Positions 27,171 through 40,808 of a stretch of 64,000 nucleotides of DNA are shown piece after piece. A program made the position numbers and the translations under genes. This DNA comes from Octopus vulgaris (Eukaryota): positions 55,862,001 to 55,926,000 of the forward strand of contig OX597821.1 in NCBI GenBank assembly GCA_951406725.2, written 5' to 3'. Numbering within the stretch: the stretch's first letter is position 1; each line of letters begins with the position of its first letter. The notes under the pieces are model-generated. The model made no database searches, was not told where the DNA came from, and saw only the letters and a list, made by a program, of their open reading frames with translations.

Positions 27171-27256
27171 AGTACTAGGCTTACAAAGAATAAGCCCTCG
27201 GGTCGATTTATTCGACTAGAGGCGGTGCTCCAGCATCACCGTAGTCAAATGACTGC
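27171..27256 (+). mobile_element. SINE family A, 3' fragment
   Basis: agtactaggcttacaaagaataag...ggcggtgctccagcat...gtcaaatgactg. Confidence 0.8.
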
Positions 27257-27284
27257 GAGTAGAAGAGTTTATTTATATATATAC

Positions 27285-27843
27285 TTGTAAAAGTTTTTAA
27301 TTTTCATCTCATTAAATTTATCCAGCTTTTGTGTATCTGGTACACACTTCGCCTTTTAATGTACTTATATATGAATAATATATGGCGTGTCCCAGAACAC
27401 CAGCGATAATAATTAATTTTATTGTATCGCATTTGACTTTGTTTACGTATTTTCTCGATAAATTTTGAGCGTTAGACGATATACCAGAAAACCCTATTTT
27501 GTCGGGTACGTTCTGAGTCTGCGCAGTGATTTGAATAGTTTAGAAAGAGCAATTTAATAGACGCATGTGCCTCTATTAATGTGCGCTTCCCATAATAACA
27601 GGAATCTTACTGAAGAGCCTACCTGAGTAAATAAATACTATTTTTATTGCTGAAATAGGCGAAACTGCAGTCTAAGAAGAACTAAGTTTGTAAAAGTTTT
27701 TAATTTTCATCTCATTAAATTTATCCAGCTTTTGTGTATCTGGTACACACTTCGCCTTTTAATGTACTTATATATGAATAATATATGGCGTGTCCAAGAA
27801 CACCAGCGATAATAATTAATTTTATTGTATCGCATTTGACTTT

Positions 27844-27848
<5 letters not shown>
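27285..27848 (+). mobile_element. ORF-less retrozyme/pLTR-like element: 1.4 copies of a 403-bp unit with a hammerhead
   Basis: 161-bp direct repeats 27285-27445 and 27688-27848 (one mismatch seen) enclosing a canonical hammerhead; ends at (TA)n. Confidence 0.8.
27605..27677 (+). ncRNA. Canonical type I hammerhead ribozyme
   Basis: tctta-CUGAAGA-gccta...taggc-GAAA-ctgcag-UC-taaga; all core nucleotides and three stems present; predicted cleavage after C27672. Confidence 0.88.
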
Positions 27849-27908
<60 letters not shown>

Positions 27909-27952
27909 TATATAAATATATATACATATATATATTTATATATATATATATA

Positions 27953-28081
27953 TTTATTATATAGAAGGAGTTCTACAGGACTAGAACTGTTTCATTCAAG
28001 AGAAATCATCAGGAAGCTTCCTGATGATTTCTCTTGAATGAAACAGTTCTAGTCCTGTAGAAGCTCCTTCTATATAATAAA
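27953..28081. repeat. Loopless palindrome centred on aagctt containing a hammerhead-like core on each strand
   Basis: Arms match except for one indel; CUGAUGA...GAAAC...GUC at 28021-28054. Confidence 0.9.
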
Positions 28082-28151
28082 TTAATTTTACTCTGCTATG
28101 TATTGAGTACCTTATTTACTGTGGTTAACCCCGAATCAACCCGGGACCTAC

Positions 28152-28211
<60 letters not shown>

Positions 28212-28232
28212 GTATATATATAAATATATATA

Positions 28233-28388
28233 GGCGCAAGCGTAGCTGTGTGGTAAAAACCTTGCTTCTCAGCCATATTGTTCCGGGTTCAGTCCCACTG
28301 TGTGACACCTTGTGCAAATACTATAACCTCGGGCCAACCAGAATCTTGTGAGTTGATTTGATCGATGGAAGTTGAAAGAAGCCCGTTC

Positions 28389-28420
<32 letters not shown>

Positions 28421-28638
28421 AGTGTGTGTGTTTGAACTCCCTTCACCACTTGACAACCGGTGTTGGTGTGTTTACGTCCCCGTAAGGTAGCGCTTCGGCA
28501 AAAGATACCGATAGAATAAGTACCAGGATTTTTTTTTAAATAAGTACTAGAGGCCAATTCATTCGACTAAAACCCTTCAAAGTGATGTTCCACCATGGCT
28601 GCAGTCAAATGACTGAAACGAACAAAAGATAAGAGAAT
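28233..28638 (+). mobile_element. tRNA-derived SINE, family A
   Basis: Colinear with other copies. Confidence 0.9.
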
Positions 28639-29138
28639 AATATGTGTGTGAGTGAGTGTCTGTGTGTGGGGGGGGGGCAGAGAGAATGAAAACAGGTATA
28701 CGAAATGAAGAAAAGAAAGCTATTTGGCCAAAGTTGACCAAATTATAATATGATAGACGGACACTCTTTTGATTTATCTATTACTTCCACACTGGCTGCT
28801 ACCAGCTTAATACCATTGATCATTCATGTTGTAAGTTGACAAATGAATGCCACTAAGTTATATATAAAAATTCAAATCATGATACAAAACATTTACTGAG
28901 AATTTCTGCAAAACCTGGAATATCTATTATACACAAAGGTATTCGTTCAAGACTGGCATAGTTTGATATTTCTTTTACAGGAAATGTCAAAAGAATTTGT
29001 TGCGATTTTTTTTATTGTCTATAAATATATTCATCATTATCATTAATATATTGTTTTTGTATCTAACATCGTTAAAGTACATACGTATACTCGCGCGCGC
29101 AGGCACAATGTATATGTAGATATATATATATATGTGAA

Positions 29139-29368
29139 GGCGGCGAGCTGGCAGAAACGTTAGCACGCTGGGCGAAATGCGTAGCCGTATTTCGTCTGCC
29201 GTTACGTTCTGAGTTCAAATTCTGCCGAGGTCGACTTTGGCTTTCATCCTTTCGGGATCGATAAATAAAGTACCAGTTTCGCACTTGGGTCGATGTAATC
29301 AACTTAAACCCTTTGTCTATTCTTGTTTGTCCCCTCTATGTTTAACCCCTTGTGGGCAATAAAGAAAT
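29139..29368 (+). mobile_element. tRNA-derived SINE, family B (Meta-domain-like core)
   Basis: ggcggcgagctggcagaa...gagttcaaattc B-box, core gaggtcgacttt...tttcatcctttcgggatcgataaa...agtacc; second copy at 37973-38175. Confidence 0.88.
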
Positions 29369-30780
29369 ATATATATATATGTGAGTGTTTCTATGTGTGT
29401 GCTTTTGCTTGTGTGTTTGTGTAAGAAGCGTAATGACGAAGCTAAATGCAAAGATATATACATCGATATATGAAATATATAATGATGAAATTTTATGACA
29501 CTAATTATATAGGAGTAAATATTATATATCTAATTTTAAAAAAATCATTTAGCTACCACAAATAATAAAAGTTTGGTTGTTTTAGCACATTTAGTGCGCA
29601 TCGAGCATTGAAAGGCTAACTATAAATATGCGATGAGGAAAGGCAATAATTCTTAATGTTTGTAGTTTTCATTATTCTGATATATATACAGAAAGCAATT
29701 CGGGCGTATTTCAGGATTAGTATGATTTCATCTACAATATATAGCCTTTGTTGTAATTGCCGATATAATGGTGACAGTGTTACTAAGTGAAAGTAGACCA
29801 TTGTAGATTTACTAACATAGGAAAATAAAAGTGTTTGGAGATAAAATAACTCTGAGCCACTGTGCGAATGAAAAATTGTAGTTAAGACTATGATGGTCTA
29901 ATACCATTCAGTTGCAACGTCATGGGAGATTGGTTAGGTAAATATGGAAATATTGGTGAAATCCTTGTGCATATGGAATCACACTAATACATAAACAGCC
30001 ATTTTCTTCTATTTGGTTTTTGGACAGTTTTGTTTTCCGTTTCATAAAAATATTCTTGTATTATCTATAATCGTTACTCTTTCTTTCTACCATACTATAC
30101 TGGCAACCTCAGCTGGCTCAACTATACTGACAATCTGACTGACAACATCAACTCGCTACTTAGAAAATATAAGCAATCAACATTTGAAACACTTTAAACC
30201 AGTTACTTGTAACTCGAATGTGGTCACAAAGTCGTACAAGAATGTATGGGGAGTTGTAAGGAAAACATTCTCGAAGTGGAAAGAAAATAAATCAAACTTT
30301 TCCAGAGGATTTGCCTTTACAAATTTCGAATCACAAATGACCTGCATTACACGATTATCCTTGAGAAACATATTTTCTATTTCTGTGGGTCTTTTTATAA
30401 TATACTATTTCTGTGATATGGGAGCTACAGCAATCGCAACTAACAGGACTCTTCGCAGTATATTGCGTTAATTTTTTAATCTGTAAATTGTGCTGTGAGG
30501 AAATAGTAGACTATATAAAGCAGCAGTAACAATCTATATTTGATAAGTTTTTCAACACTTTGCGGGGATGAGCGTATGTTCAAATATAGATGTAGGTTCA
30601 AAGACTAACTCAACTCAGCTGAATTATCGAATATAGAGTTCAAGAAAATTACATATTCTGGACTATTATCAACTCGCCTTTATCATTAGTGCTTTTATGA
30701 GACATGTTTAGGCTTATATACGCTTAAATAAATTAACAAGTAACTAACAAGTCCATTAATCACATGAGGAACTCATAAAC

Positions 30781-30873
30781 GTCAAACTGACGGTTTCATA
30801 TCCATTCGGTCACTCTATTTATATTCTCATTGCAATTGTGAAAGAAGTAAAAAGGTCCTTCATCGGTTTCGAC
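30781..30873 (-). ncRNA. Degenerate hammerhead-like motif (CCGAUGA core)
   Basis: gtcgaaa-CCGAUGA...GAAA-ccg-UC-agtttgac; stem II does not pair well. Confidence 0.35.
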
Positions 30874-31899
30874 ACTGAGTATTCTTGTTGGCCGGAATAA
30901 ATAATGAATATTTTCCAGATATGTATATCTTTAAGGTAGTCTTCAACCAGAATCGGCATTACAGCACTATGCGACAAGGCTCTTTAAATAATAGGTACAA
31001 TCCATCTGGTGGTTTTCCACACTGCTTCTGTCTTTCCAGTTTTAGTCAAACCTGGAATCTATCCACTAGGCAGTGTTCGCACCCATTCATATTGTACATG
31101 AACTTGCATTCGCAAACCAGGAGGTTTTTCATTTCGATTTAAGCAAACGCAGATTTGTTGTTAATAGAAAACTAGTGAAATTATTGCATTCACTTCAAAA
31201 ACAGATTTTTTGTTTCTTTATTCAATCAACAACGACTTAGATTTTCCATATCTCAATGGCAAATTCTATCACAGCTGTCACAGCTCATATCTTTCTTAGA
31301 ATTGACTCATTGTATTAAGTTAAAAAGGTCCAGTCATCACTACATTCTGCTATCAATAGAAATTATTTTTCCTGTCATTTTCCACAATTAATTTTCTCTA
31401 TTTATTTCCGCGTTTATGTGAGTGTACGTGCATTTCAGTGAACAAAAGCTGCGATAGAACAGGGTTTCCCTCATTGAAACTGCTTTGAAAGAAACAAAAA
31501 TGTAATATTTTGTTTTGTTTGTTTTTCTGTCTTTTACGAAATCTTGATTCTGTTTTATTCGTATATAATTAACTTTCAGAGTATAATATCACTGCTACTG
31601 CGAGGTGAAAATAAAATGATATCGAGACACGTTATACGCAATGAACTTATATATACACACTGAATTTATTCTACCAAAAAAGAGTTTCCTTCACTTTGTT
31701 CATAAAGTTATTTTGTAAACAGGAACATTTTCAAAACCACCTGATAGCGCCAGCCGCCTCAGAATATCTACCTGTAACTGCCTCACTGAAAGAATAAGGG
31801 CGAAGCTCAAATCTTCTCATATTTCACCGACCCTAACCCAGAATTTTAACGGTCACAGTATAGGTGACAATATATCGAAACCATCTCTCTTTCACACGA

Positions 31900-32720
31900 A
31901 TAGCTCACAACCGTCATCTCGTTTATCAAATCCTTTCACCCTTCCCTTGAATTTGCTTCTGTCATTTCAGAAGCCTTCATTAACTTTCTGGCCATTTCTG
32001 GCTCAACCCGACCACACTTTCTCATCAATTCTCATTCCTATTGATTTTGATTTTGATTTTTCCAGTTTCAGCTCATGAACTGTGGCCATGCTGGGGCACC
32101 GCCATTATCTTAACTTTTTCCTATTTCACCCCACTCACTCTAACCGTGCGATTCCTTACTAGAATTCATTCGTCTCCACCTCTATGTAGCTACGATCTGA
32201 GACGCTTTCAATTGATTCCACGTGGATATCCCTACTTACTCTGAGACACCATTACCAGCGCCCACCAAGCCGGCTACACTTCTTCCCTCTCCTCCGCAAC
32301 CATCTCACACCAAACTCCTCTCTTTCCCTTCACTCACCACCCTTCATAATTTCCGCCGCCTCCACCATGATCCTGTCACACTTCCACTCTTCCTTAACCC
32401 ATACCATCCCTCATTCAAGCGTACCGAAACTTGTACGATTTAATGGGACCTAACTCTTTTTTTCTTCTTCTCTCCTCGGATCCATCTTTGTTCCCGGCCT
32501 CTTTACAATACTTTTCCGTTCCAATACTAGCTCGCTTGCCAATATTTCTGATGTTTTCTGTTGTACCGCCACCAACATCATCTACTGCCTCAAATTCCCC
32601 TCTTGCAACTTTTGGATAACTGAGTGATTCCGTCTTAAGCTTCTCTTAAGGCACTGTAGTCGAGAAATCCAGGCTTCACCAGAAGCGGTGCTTTAATTTC
32701 TCCCTTTAAAACTAAACACC
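31900..32720 (+). mobile_element. Heavily decayed Penelope-like RT-thumb/GIY-YIG relic
   Basis: Remnant motifs FHPSLEF, HPTH..AIPY, RGYP and CTATNIIYCL across shifting frames. Confidence 0.6.
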
Positions 32721-32970
32721 TTTTGGTCTCAATTTCCCCTTTATATAGCACCTCCTCTGACACCACCACCCTCGCCTCACACCGCACTCACATACACGCA
32801 CAACGAAAAAATACACATACGCATTACACAAGCACGTACACGCTAACTTATTCCTTATACACACTCTCACAGCATATCACATTGTAACCGATACGCATAT
32901 GGTCACATACACAATCACATTCAAATAACACTCTATGTCATATGCATGAACACATATAAACACACACGCA

Positions 32971-33009
<39 letters not shown>

Positions 33010-33142
33010 GCAAGCACACACATGCAGTCAGAAAACAATATAACATATACATACATGTATGTATACACACACATGCACCAAGGTTTGTTGGTGCTTAGAA
33101 TTTAATATTATAGACGTGATAAATACATAAAAAACCTGGGCG

Positions 33143-33179
<37 letters not shown>

Positions 33180-33284
33180 GCATAAAACATCACGACACAT
33201 GTACATATTCATTCGGGCACGCACAAGTACAACTCGCCGCCTGATAGAATGTAAATTTTGAGTTTAAAAAATGAAGTCAAAGAC

Positions 33285-33352
33285 CGCTAGTGATGCTCGA
33301 ACCCATATCTCCTGTAAATATAACAGGCGTTCTATCCTTGGACTAAAGCAAA
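33285..33352 (-). pseudogene. tRNA-like sequence (pseudogene or repeat head)
   Basis: tagtccaaggatagaac D-arm-like, cctgt/acagg anticodon stem with 7-nt loop, gggttcgag T-loop; no acceptor stem. Confidence 0.5.
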
Positions 33353-33493
33353 CCTCCAAAATTCGCTCTCCAGCAAGGATGAGACGTTTTAAGAATTATT
33401 GAATTACGGGAACGTGAAATAATACTTATTAGGGAACAGCGAATATCGAAGCAATACTTTACACGCTATCATTTATACAATTAATGTGCGTGA

Positions 33494-33680
33494 GGACGAG
33501 TATCCAAGTGGTTAGGGTACTGCACCCACGATTGCGAGAGCGCAGGTTCGATTTCCTGACCGTTGGTGCATTGTTTTCACTTTGACATCTGACGTGTGAT
33601 GCACCATGCACTGGTACAGGCAATGTCGATTTTATGGAGGGGGTTACAGTATGCGCAGCACAAGCATTTGATCACTATAA
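33494..33680 (+). mobile_element. Degraded tRNA-derived SINE (head related to family C)
   Basis: aagtggttaggg A-box and ggttcgatttcc B-box. Confidence 0.55.
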
Positions 33681-33692
33681 GCAGATAATATG

Positions 33693-34105
33693 TGCAGTGG
33701 CTGTGTAGTAAGAAGCTTGCTGCCCAACCACATGGTTCCAGGTTCAGTCCCACTGCATGGCACATTGGGCAAGTGTATTCTACTATAGCCTCGGACCGAT
33801 CATCGACTTGTAAGTGGATTTGGTAGACAGAAACTGAAAGAAGCCCATCGTATATATATATGTGTATGTTTATATCTGTGTGTGTGTGTGTGTCTGTGTC
33901 TGTGGTTGTCCTCTCCCCATCACCGCTTGACAAACAGTGACGGTGTGTTTATGTCCCCATAACTTAGTAGTTCGGCAAAATAGACTGATAGAATAATTAC
34001 TAGACTTAAGAAATAAGTCCTGAGTTCGATTTGTTTGACTAAAACCCTTCAATGCGGTGCTCCAGCATGACCGCAGTCAAATGATTAGAACAAGTATAAG
34101 AATAA
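33693..34105 (+). mobile_element. tRNA-derived SINE, family A
   Basis: Colinear with other copies. Confidence 0.9.
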
Positions 34106-35160
34106 AAAAATAAAAGAAAAAAATTTGCTGAACCTCCTTTTCTGGAACCGTGAGACTACCAATTTATTAATGTATGCAACAAATCTCTATAAAACATCTA
34201 ATTAATGAGTAATATGTGTAATAGGCATGTAATTAATCGTGTAATAAATGTAAATAAAAGTGCATGATATGTGCACCTGGTGTGTAATTAATATAATGTA
34301 ATTAATTGAGTAATTGACGTTTCAGAGAGAGAACACATTTGAATGGAAAATCGATAGAGATATTAAATACTAAGTTAGTAGATGGTGTTAGTGAAGCTAA
34401 TTTGTCGATTTGTCGTGATGTCATTCTAAATGTGAAGCAACATTTTACAAAATCTCAAACTAGATAGGACAGTAACAAGCAAAATTAACTCTTTCAACCT
34501 CCAGCAACAAGAATTGGTAGAGTTTGTGAAAAAAAATAGAAAAAGCAAGAAATTTTCAGTTTGGCAGACAGTGCGATCATGTGATCTCTATGACATCTGT
34601 TATGAGTGAAGAGTCAATGCAAGTTCGAGATATTTATCAACTAAACTACAAGCACACTGATTACATGCGTAATCTAATAGCCGACTGGCTAATCTTAACA
34701 CAGCATGCAACTTCCAGCTTGAAGATAAATTCTATAGCGAGATTACTGAAGATAAATCTTTTCTTGTATTCTTATGATTCACTCGTTTAACAGCTTCTTT
34801 AGTTTTCTTCCTAACAAGAGACTGGTTTATGTAAGTGAGCAGTGAGTGCTTGAGCCCTAAACAACACCTCAACGAATATATCTTATGCAAATATCTACAA
34901 ACGAAATAGAAGGCAAGAGGATTATTTTTTCCATTTTGTGTTGTTGTGTTACTTAAGAAATGTTACGTTACGCACAGATGGAGTGATCTGTTAAGAATAT
35001 GTATTCAGAACGTCGCAAAATTATTTTTTTCCGTCTTTGCCAATATGTTTGTGTGCTTTTGCATATATAGACTTCAGTGACCTTATGCCAATTACTTTTA
35101 CAAAATATGCGTTTTTATAAATACCTTTCTCTTTCGCTTTCTTTCTTTCTTTCTTTCTTG

Positions 35161-35203
<43 letters not shown>

Positions 35204-36648
35204 CCCCTTTCTCTTTCTCTCGTGTTTACATTTTCAGAACTTCATTGTTTTACTCGAAGAAATTATCTGCGAACATTTAAACGTCACTACACAACCATTT
35301 AGTAAATACGTATGTTGAACTATGCTCTACAATTTGTTAAGCAAATATACATAGGAGTAACTTCATAATACAATATAATATAATATAATATAATATATTG
35401 CATCTGATTACTTTGATATTTCTCTTTTCGTTGTTTCAATCTTAGCATACTGTTGGCTTTGATCTTTTAGCGTAATTTAAGAGTTTTCCTTAATGGATAT
35501 GATTAACGTCTTAATCCGTGTTTACGTTATCCAAGTTTCTTCTTTAAAAACCTCTTTATGCTTAACATAACATACACTAAATATATGTTTGTCCGTGTAT
35601 CTATTTACACTCACATAAATATGTCGTATATCCCTCAAAAACAAAGAGAGAATATTATATTTATAAATGTACATATGCTGTAAGGGTAATCAGCTTAGGG
35701 ACACGAAACTTACACATGCAAACTCATATCTGTAGAGTCTTCCCTAAATACGCATACTGCAGATGATTGAAAAATTTTGTTATAGAAAAACAGAGTTCAA
35801 AACGTGGTTAAAGTATATTATGTAATCGAATATACATGTAAAAATTAACATGCAAAATACTTGTAGAAAAACAAATATATTTTTTTTTACATCAGACACT
35901 CATTTCATCTAGCATTACACAATCGTCAGTGAAAAAATATTTTTTTTTACTAACGACTACATAATATACTCTCTCACGATCTGACAACATTGTCTATTTC
36001 AATGCCTAAAACCAATATGAGAAGAAATATTATTAGCACTGATACTTGTGTGTGCGCGCGTGTGTGTGTGTGTGTGTGTGTTCCTTTTGCTGGTTTCAAT
36101 CATTGGACGCCAAAGGGGAAACGTTGATTATAACCAGAATGTTGATAACCAGTTCTTGCAAAATGCAAAGACAAAAGTAACTATCCATGTAAAGAGAGGT
36201 AATTTTCTTTGTCATAGATACCACAGAATATTTCTATTCCAATGTATCATATATTTACCGACACACTTAACATCTAAATACATGGCAAAGTAATTAGAAA
36301 GAACGAAGCATTAAGGTATCGGAATCAAGTCAATCAAAAACATGTGTTTGCATGAGTATCTACTTATGTATCTACTTCTCTACTTCATTTTAAAAAAAAT
36401 AAATAAATAGACTTAATATAATGTCTAAAAGTTGATAAATACCACCTCTTGATCCCCCTCCAGTTTCTTATTGCTGTATAAATTAAGGGTAAAATAACTT
36501 TTTATCCGCACCCATTTATTACACTCGGTAATGTAATTGCCATGCAATGAAAAACACTTGTGTATTAATAATTGGGTATTCTACCAGCAGTATATTGGAT
36601 GGATATTATCCCTTAGTGGGTTGGATTCACAACCACTAACCATCTTGG

Positions 36649-36749
<101 letters not shown>

Positions 36750-36780
36750 CTTATGTGATTGTACAGACATGCGCGCACAC

Positions 36781-37149
36781 TATGTCCCTTGGTGGCTGAC
36801 GATATGTACATCTCTGATCATGAGCATAGCCGTGTGTTGAAAGGAATTCTTATAGGTTTGGATAATTCACCTTTGGAAACATGGGTGGTTCGTTCAACAT
36901 CCCTAAACAATCCTTATTCAGGAACCTTTTGAGTGGGATGGGCTACTCGACCAGAAGAAAATCCTAACTGGGCCCGACCTGCAAGGTCATGCGCTGTTTA
37001 TCTTGATATGAGATCACCATGTCGCGCACATATGGTTGTAATGCATGTGCCTGGTGTAACCTTATCAGACAGGTAGTCATGATGGGTTTACTGGGCTTCG
37101 TATATTTTACCCCAGTGTTACTTTGATGGAATGCACTGCTCTCTCACTC

Positions 37150-37150
<1 letters not shown>
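36781..37150 (+). mobile_element. Retroelement 3' end terminating in (AAT)n
   Basis: Repeated at 11060-11250; directly followed by (AAT)n 37150-37210. Confidence 0.55.
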
Positions 37151-37212
<62 letters not shown>

Positions 37213-37344
37213 GTCCTATATAATCTTAACAAAACACGAAATAGACTCACATGTAATTTTTGAACCTGTCGAAGGCACACTAGATGCCGAGATATCGTTC
37301 AACCAATTTCACATGATAACTATGGCACTCTTCTATTTTATTTC

Positions 37345-37432
<88 letters not shown>

Positions 37433-37502
37433 CAACAACAACGACGACGACGACGATGATGATGATGATGATGATGATAATAAGGATAATAATAATAATA
37501 AT

Positions 37503-37950
37503 AATGTTTATTAATTGACATGAGTATTCCTTGCGATCACAATATAGCGGCGAAAGAATTTGACAAGATTAGTAAATATAAAGACTTGCTATTAGAAATT
37601 GAAAAAATGTGGCTTCTCAAGGCGACTACAGTACCAATGATTGTAGGATCTCTAGGAATGATTAAAAAAGGTACTGAAACCTATTTGAAAATGATTCCAG
37701 GTTTAATATCCCTACAGGAAGTGCAAAAAATCGTATTAACTGGAACGGCTCATGTACTGTGAAGAGCATTAACGCTGTGAAAACAACTTCCATCCATGAA
37801 TTTATTTATTTACTAATTTTTAATACATATTTTATCTGTGAATTTGTGCGTGTAATCTGGGAATGCATACAATGAGCTTCTCTGCCTTAGGTGTATGGAA
37901 AACACTCGGCGAGAAATGGAAGAAATTTGAAGAAAGAAGGAAAAAACATG
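37503..37950 (+). mobile_element. R4/Dong-clade non-LTR retrotransposon 3' end (restriction-like endonuclease)
   Basis: CLLIDMSIPCDHNIAAKEFDKISKYKDLLLEIEKMW...VPMIVGSLG...QKIVLTGTAHVL; flanked on both sides by (AAT)n. Confidence 0.88.
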
Positions 37951-37972
37951 ATAATAATAATAACAATAATAA

Positions 37973-38175
37973 TGGTTTCAATTTTTGCCACAAGGGCAGC
38001 CATTTTAGGGGATGAGGTGAGTCAATCATGTCGACTCCAGTGTTTCACTGGTACTTAATTTATCGACCCCGAAAGATGAAAGGCAAAAATCGACTTCAGC
38101 GGAATTTGAACTCAGAACGTAGCGACGGGCGAAATACCTCTAAGCATTTCAAAACGATTCAGCCAGCTCACCCAC
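37973..38175 (-). mobile_element. SINE family B
   Basis: Reverse-complement homology to 29139-29368. Confidence 0.85.
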
Positions 38176-39066
38176 TTGATGATGATGATGATGATAAATC
38201 TAAGATAGAGTCAATCAACACGGCAAAGTTTCAACATGTATGTTTATAGTTCCAAGGCGGTCTTGAGATGGTAACAGCTTCAATACATAAAAGATTTTTG
38301 AGGCATAAAATAAGGGTACAATAGACTGGAATGTTATAAATCGACAGGTAATATCTATTTTTAGAAAGAGCGTAATATCTGAATATGGTCTAATACAATA
38401 TCTATTACAAAGGTGATGCCAAACTATACTTAAGCATAGATTTGAGAATGAAACAATTGCATTGAACCAAGTCAAATTATTCGTGCAGGTCGAAGAGTAA
38501 AATTTGAACACTTATACATTGTATTCCCAGGAGATTCTATTTGTGCGCGCGCGCGTGTGTGTGTGTACGTGTATGTGCGTGTGTGAGTTAGTGAATGTAT
38601 TTACGTTTTCTTTACCTAAAATTTTATATACTTTTTAAAGCAGGTTACAATTATTTCACTTTACTTTTTATGACTTCTTGTTTTAGTAAACGTTAAGAAT
38701 GGTCAAGTCTATAAATTTCTATCTAGCACCTTAATATGAAACAAAATATCTATATTTTATACTTACCAAATCAAGCAAATTTTATATTTACCAAACCAAG
38801 CTTCCGTACATTGTGTATATATAACGAGAAAATTTTGTATGTATACTTAGAGTTGAGTCGTTTGTGTAACTTTGAGGCTTTGGTGATCTGTTGAGTTAGC
38901 ATTCTTTATTTGCATTGATTTTTAAATACAGGAAAACATGAAAGCATAATTCTTCCATATAGTGCACTTGAACACTTGTGAAGATCTCTTGACATAAAAC
39001 TATTAGCGGCCTTGTTAATCAACCAATAATAATTAATAATTAAATAAGAGAATATATATACATATC

Positions 39067-39467
39067 CAACTTACGTTGAAAGTCAACAACGTTTGCTTTA
39101 AAAGCATTGAGATGTATTGAAAGATACAGGTAAGGAAATTATTTTTGCTGACTTTCAACGTAAGTTGAACTTAACGTACGACACCGTCTTATATAGCTAG
39201 ATTGAAATATCCTGAAAATGCAGGACTTGCTGCTGGGCAGTTTAGCTTAATGGTAAAGCACTTGACGCGTAATAACAGGGATGTGAATTCGAGTTTCATG
39301 GCTAGCCGCCGACAGATTTTTCTGCAATATAGAAAGTTTATCCTAATCATGCTATATTATTATAATTATACTGCATTTGAGAATAAAATTATTTCTTTAT
39401 CTGTACCTTTCAATACGTATTAACGCTTCTAAAGCAAACTTTGTTTGTTGACTTTAAACGTAAGTTG
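39067..39467. mobile_element. TIR-bounded element enclosing a tRNA-like sequence
   Basis: IR 39067-39100 / 39430-39467, extra IR copy 39149-39167, TA-rich flanks. Confidence 0.55.
39235..39307 (+). pseudogene. tRNA-like sequence (possible Thr-CGT origin)
   Basis: tagcttaatggtaaagc D-arm, cgcgtaa loop, ttcgag T-loop; stems are imperfect. Confidence 0.5.
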
Positions 39468-39747
39468 AATATATATATATATGTATATTCTCTTCAGCAA
39501 TGTAACTACACGTGAGCCGTTGGTCATTTCTCCTTCTTTGGTCTTTTCTCTCTCTCCTTTCCAACGAAAAGCTTCGCTCGAAACGTTAAACTCTATCCTT
39601 TCACCAAGCGTCAAGTTAATGCATTTCTTGTGCATGTCGTTACTCACGTTCGTCATTTTCCTTCTTTTCGTCCCTTATTCGTTAATTTGAATTGACTATA
39701 TATATATATATATATATGTTCATGCACACACACAAATATAGATAGAT

Positions 39748-39832
<85 letters not shown>

Positions 39833-40434
39833 GTTTAAAAAATCGTATGGTATACACCTGGTAGTTTGGCGATGGATGGATGCCACATGGGTCGAAACAG
39901 TCGTAGTGAACGAGAAAGATTCTCGTATCTTCCATTTTCTGTCTCTCTCATTAATCAAATATACATATATATTTGATATTGAGAGAAACTTTAATTGGTT
40001 TAAGTAGAAACAATTGTCTGAATTCAATCAACGTTTGATTTAGTTTGATTTGCTCGTAATACATAATGCCCTTCAAATCTCACAAGATACAGAGTCTCAC
40101 CTTCTGCTGATACTGGCCAATTTTTGAAAGGATTAATGGTGTTTCATTTCGTTTTCTTCAATCGATCTACATTTTTGTAAACGATCCATTTTCTTATCGT
40201 TCTTTTAAAAATTGTTCGTTTTTGTTGCGTTTGGGAAGAGAATCGCAACTGAAAATGCTCGTTGATATTTCCTTTCAATAGTTATATATTCTCATAAAAT
40301 CATTATCAAAAGTTGCATGTGTTTAAAACAACCTTTATATACCCGGGAGCATACGTATATTTTATATGCATATATATAGAAGAAAAAGAGCTGATACAAG
40401 AAAAACAATGGTTATATTATGAACTTCATTAGCT

Positions 40435-40512
40435 TACAGCTGTTTATGCTATAAGATGCAGCGGACTCTTAGTCGACTGCCTGAATAACATTCTATAGCT
40501 TCATCGGAGCCT
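40435..40512 (-). ncRNA. Degenerate hammerhead motif (CCGAUGA core, GAAA mutated)
   Basis: gct-CCGAUGA-agctata...tatagca-UAAA-cagctg-UA-agc; the related copy at about 14200-14290 keeps GAAA. Confidence 0.5.
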
Positions 40513-40522
40513 TGAATATGAA

Positions 40523-40732
40523 CTCTCTTTTCTCTTTTACTTGTTTCAGTCATTTGACTGCGGCCATGCTGGAGCACCACCTTTAGTCGAGCAAATCGAC
40601 CCCATGACTTATTCTTTGTAAGCCCAGTACTTATTCTATCGGTCTCTTTTGCCGAACCGCTAAGTGACGGGGACGTAAACACACCAGCATCGGTTGTCAA
40701 GCAATGCTAGGGGGACAAACACAGACACACAA

Positions 40733-40808
<76 letters not shown>

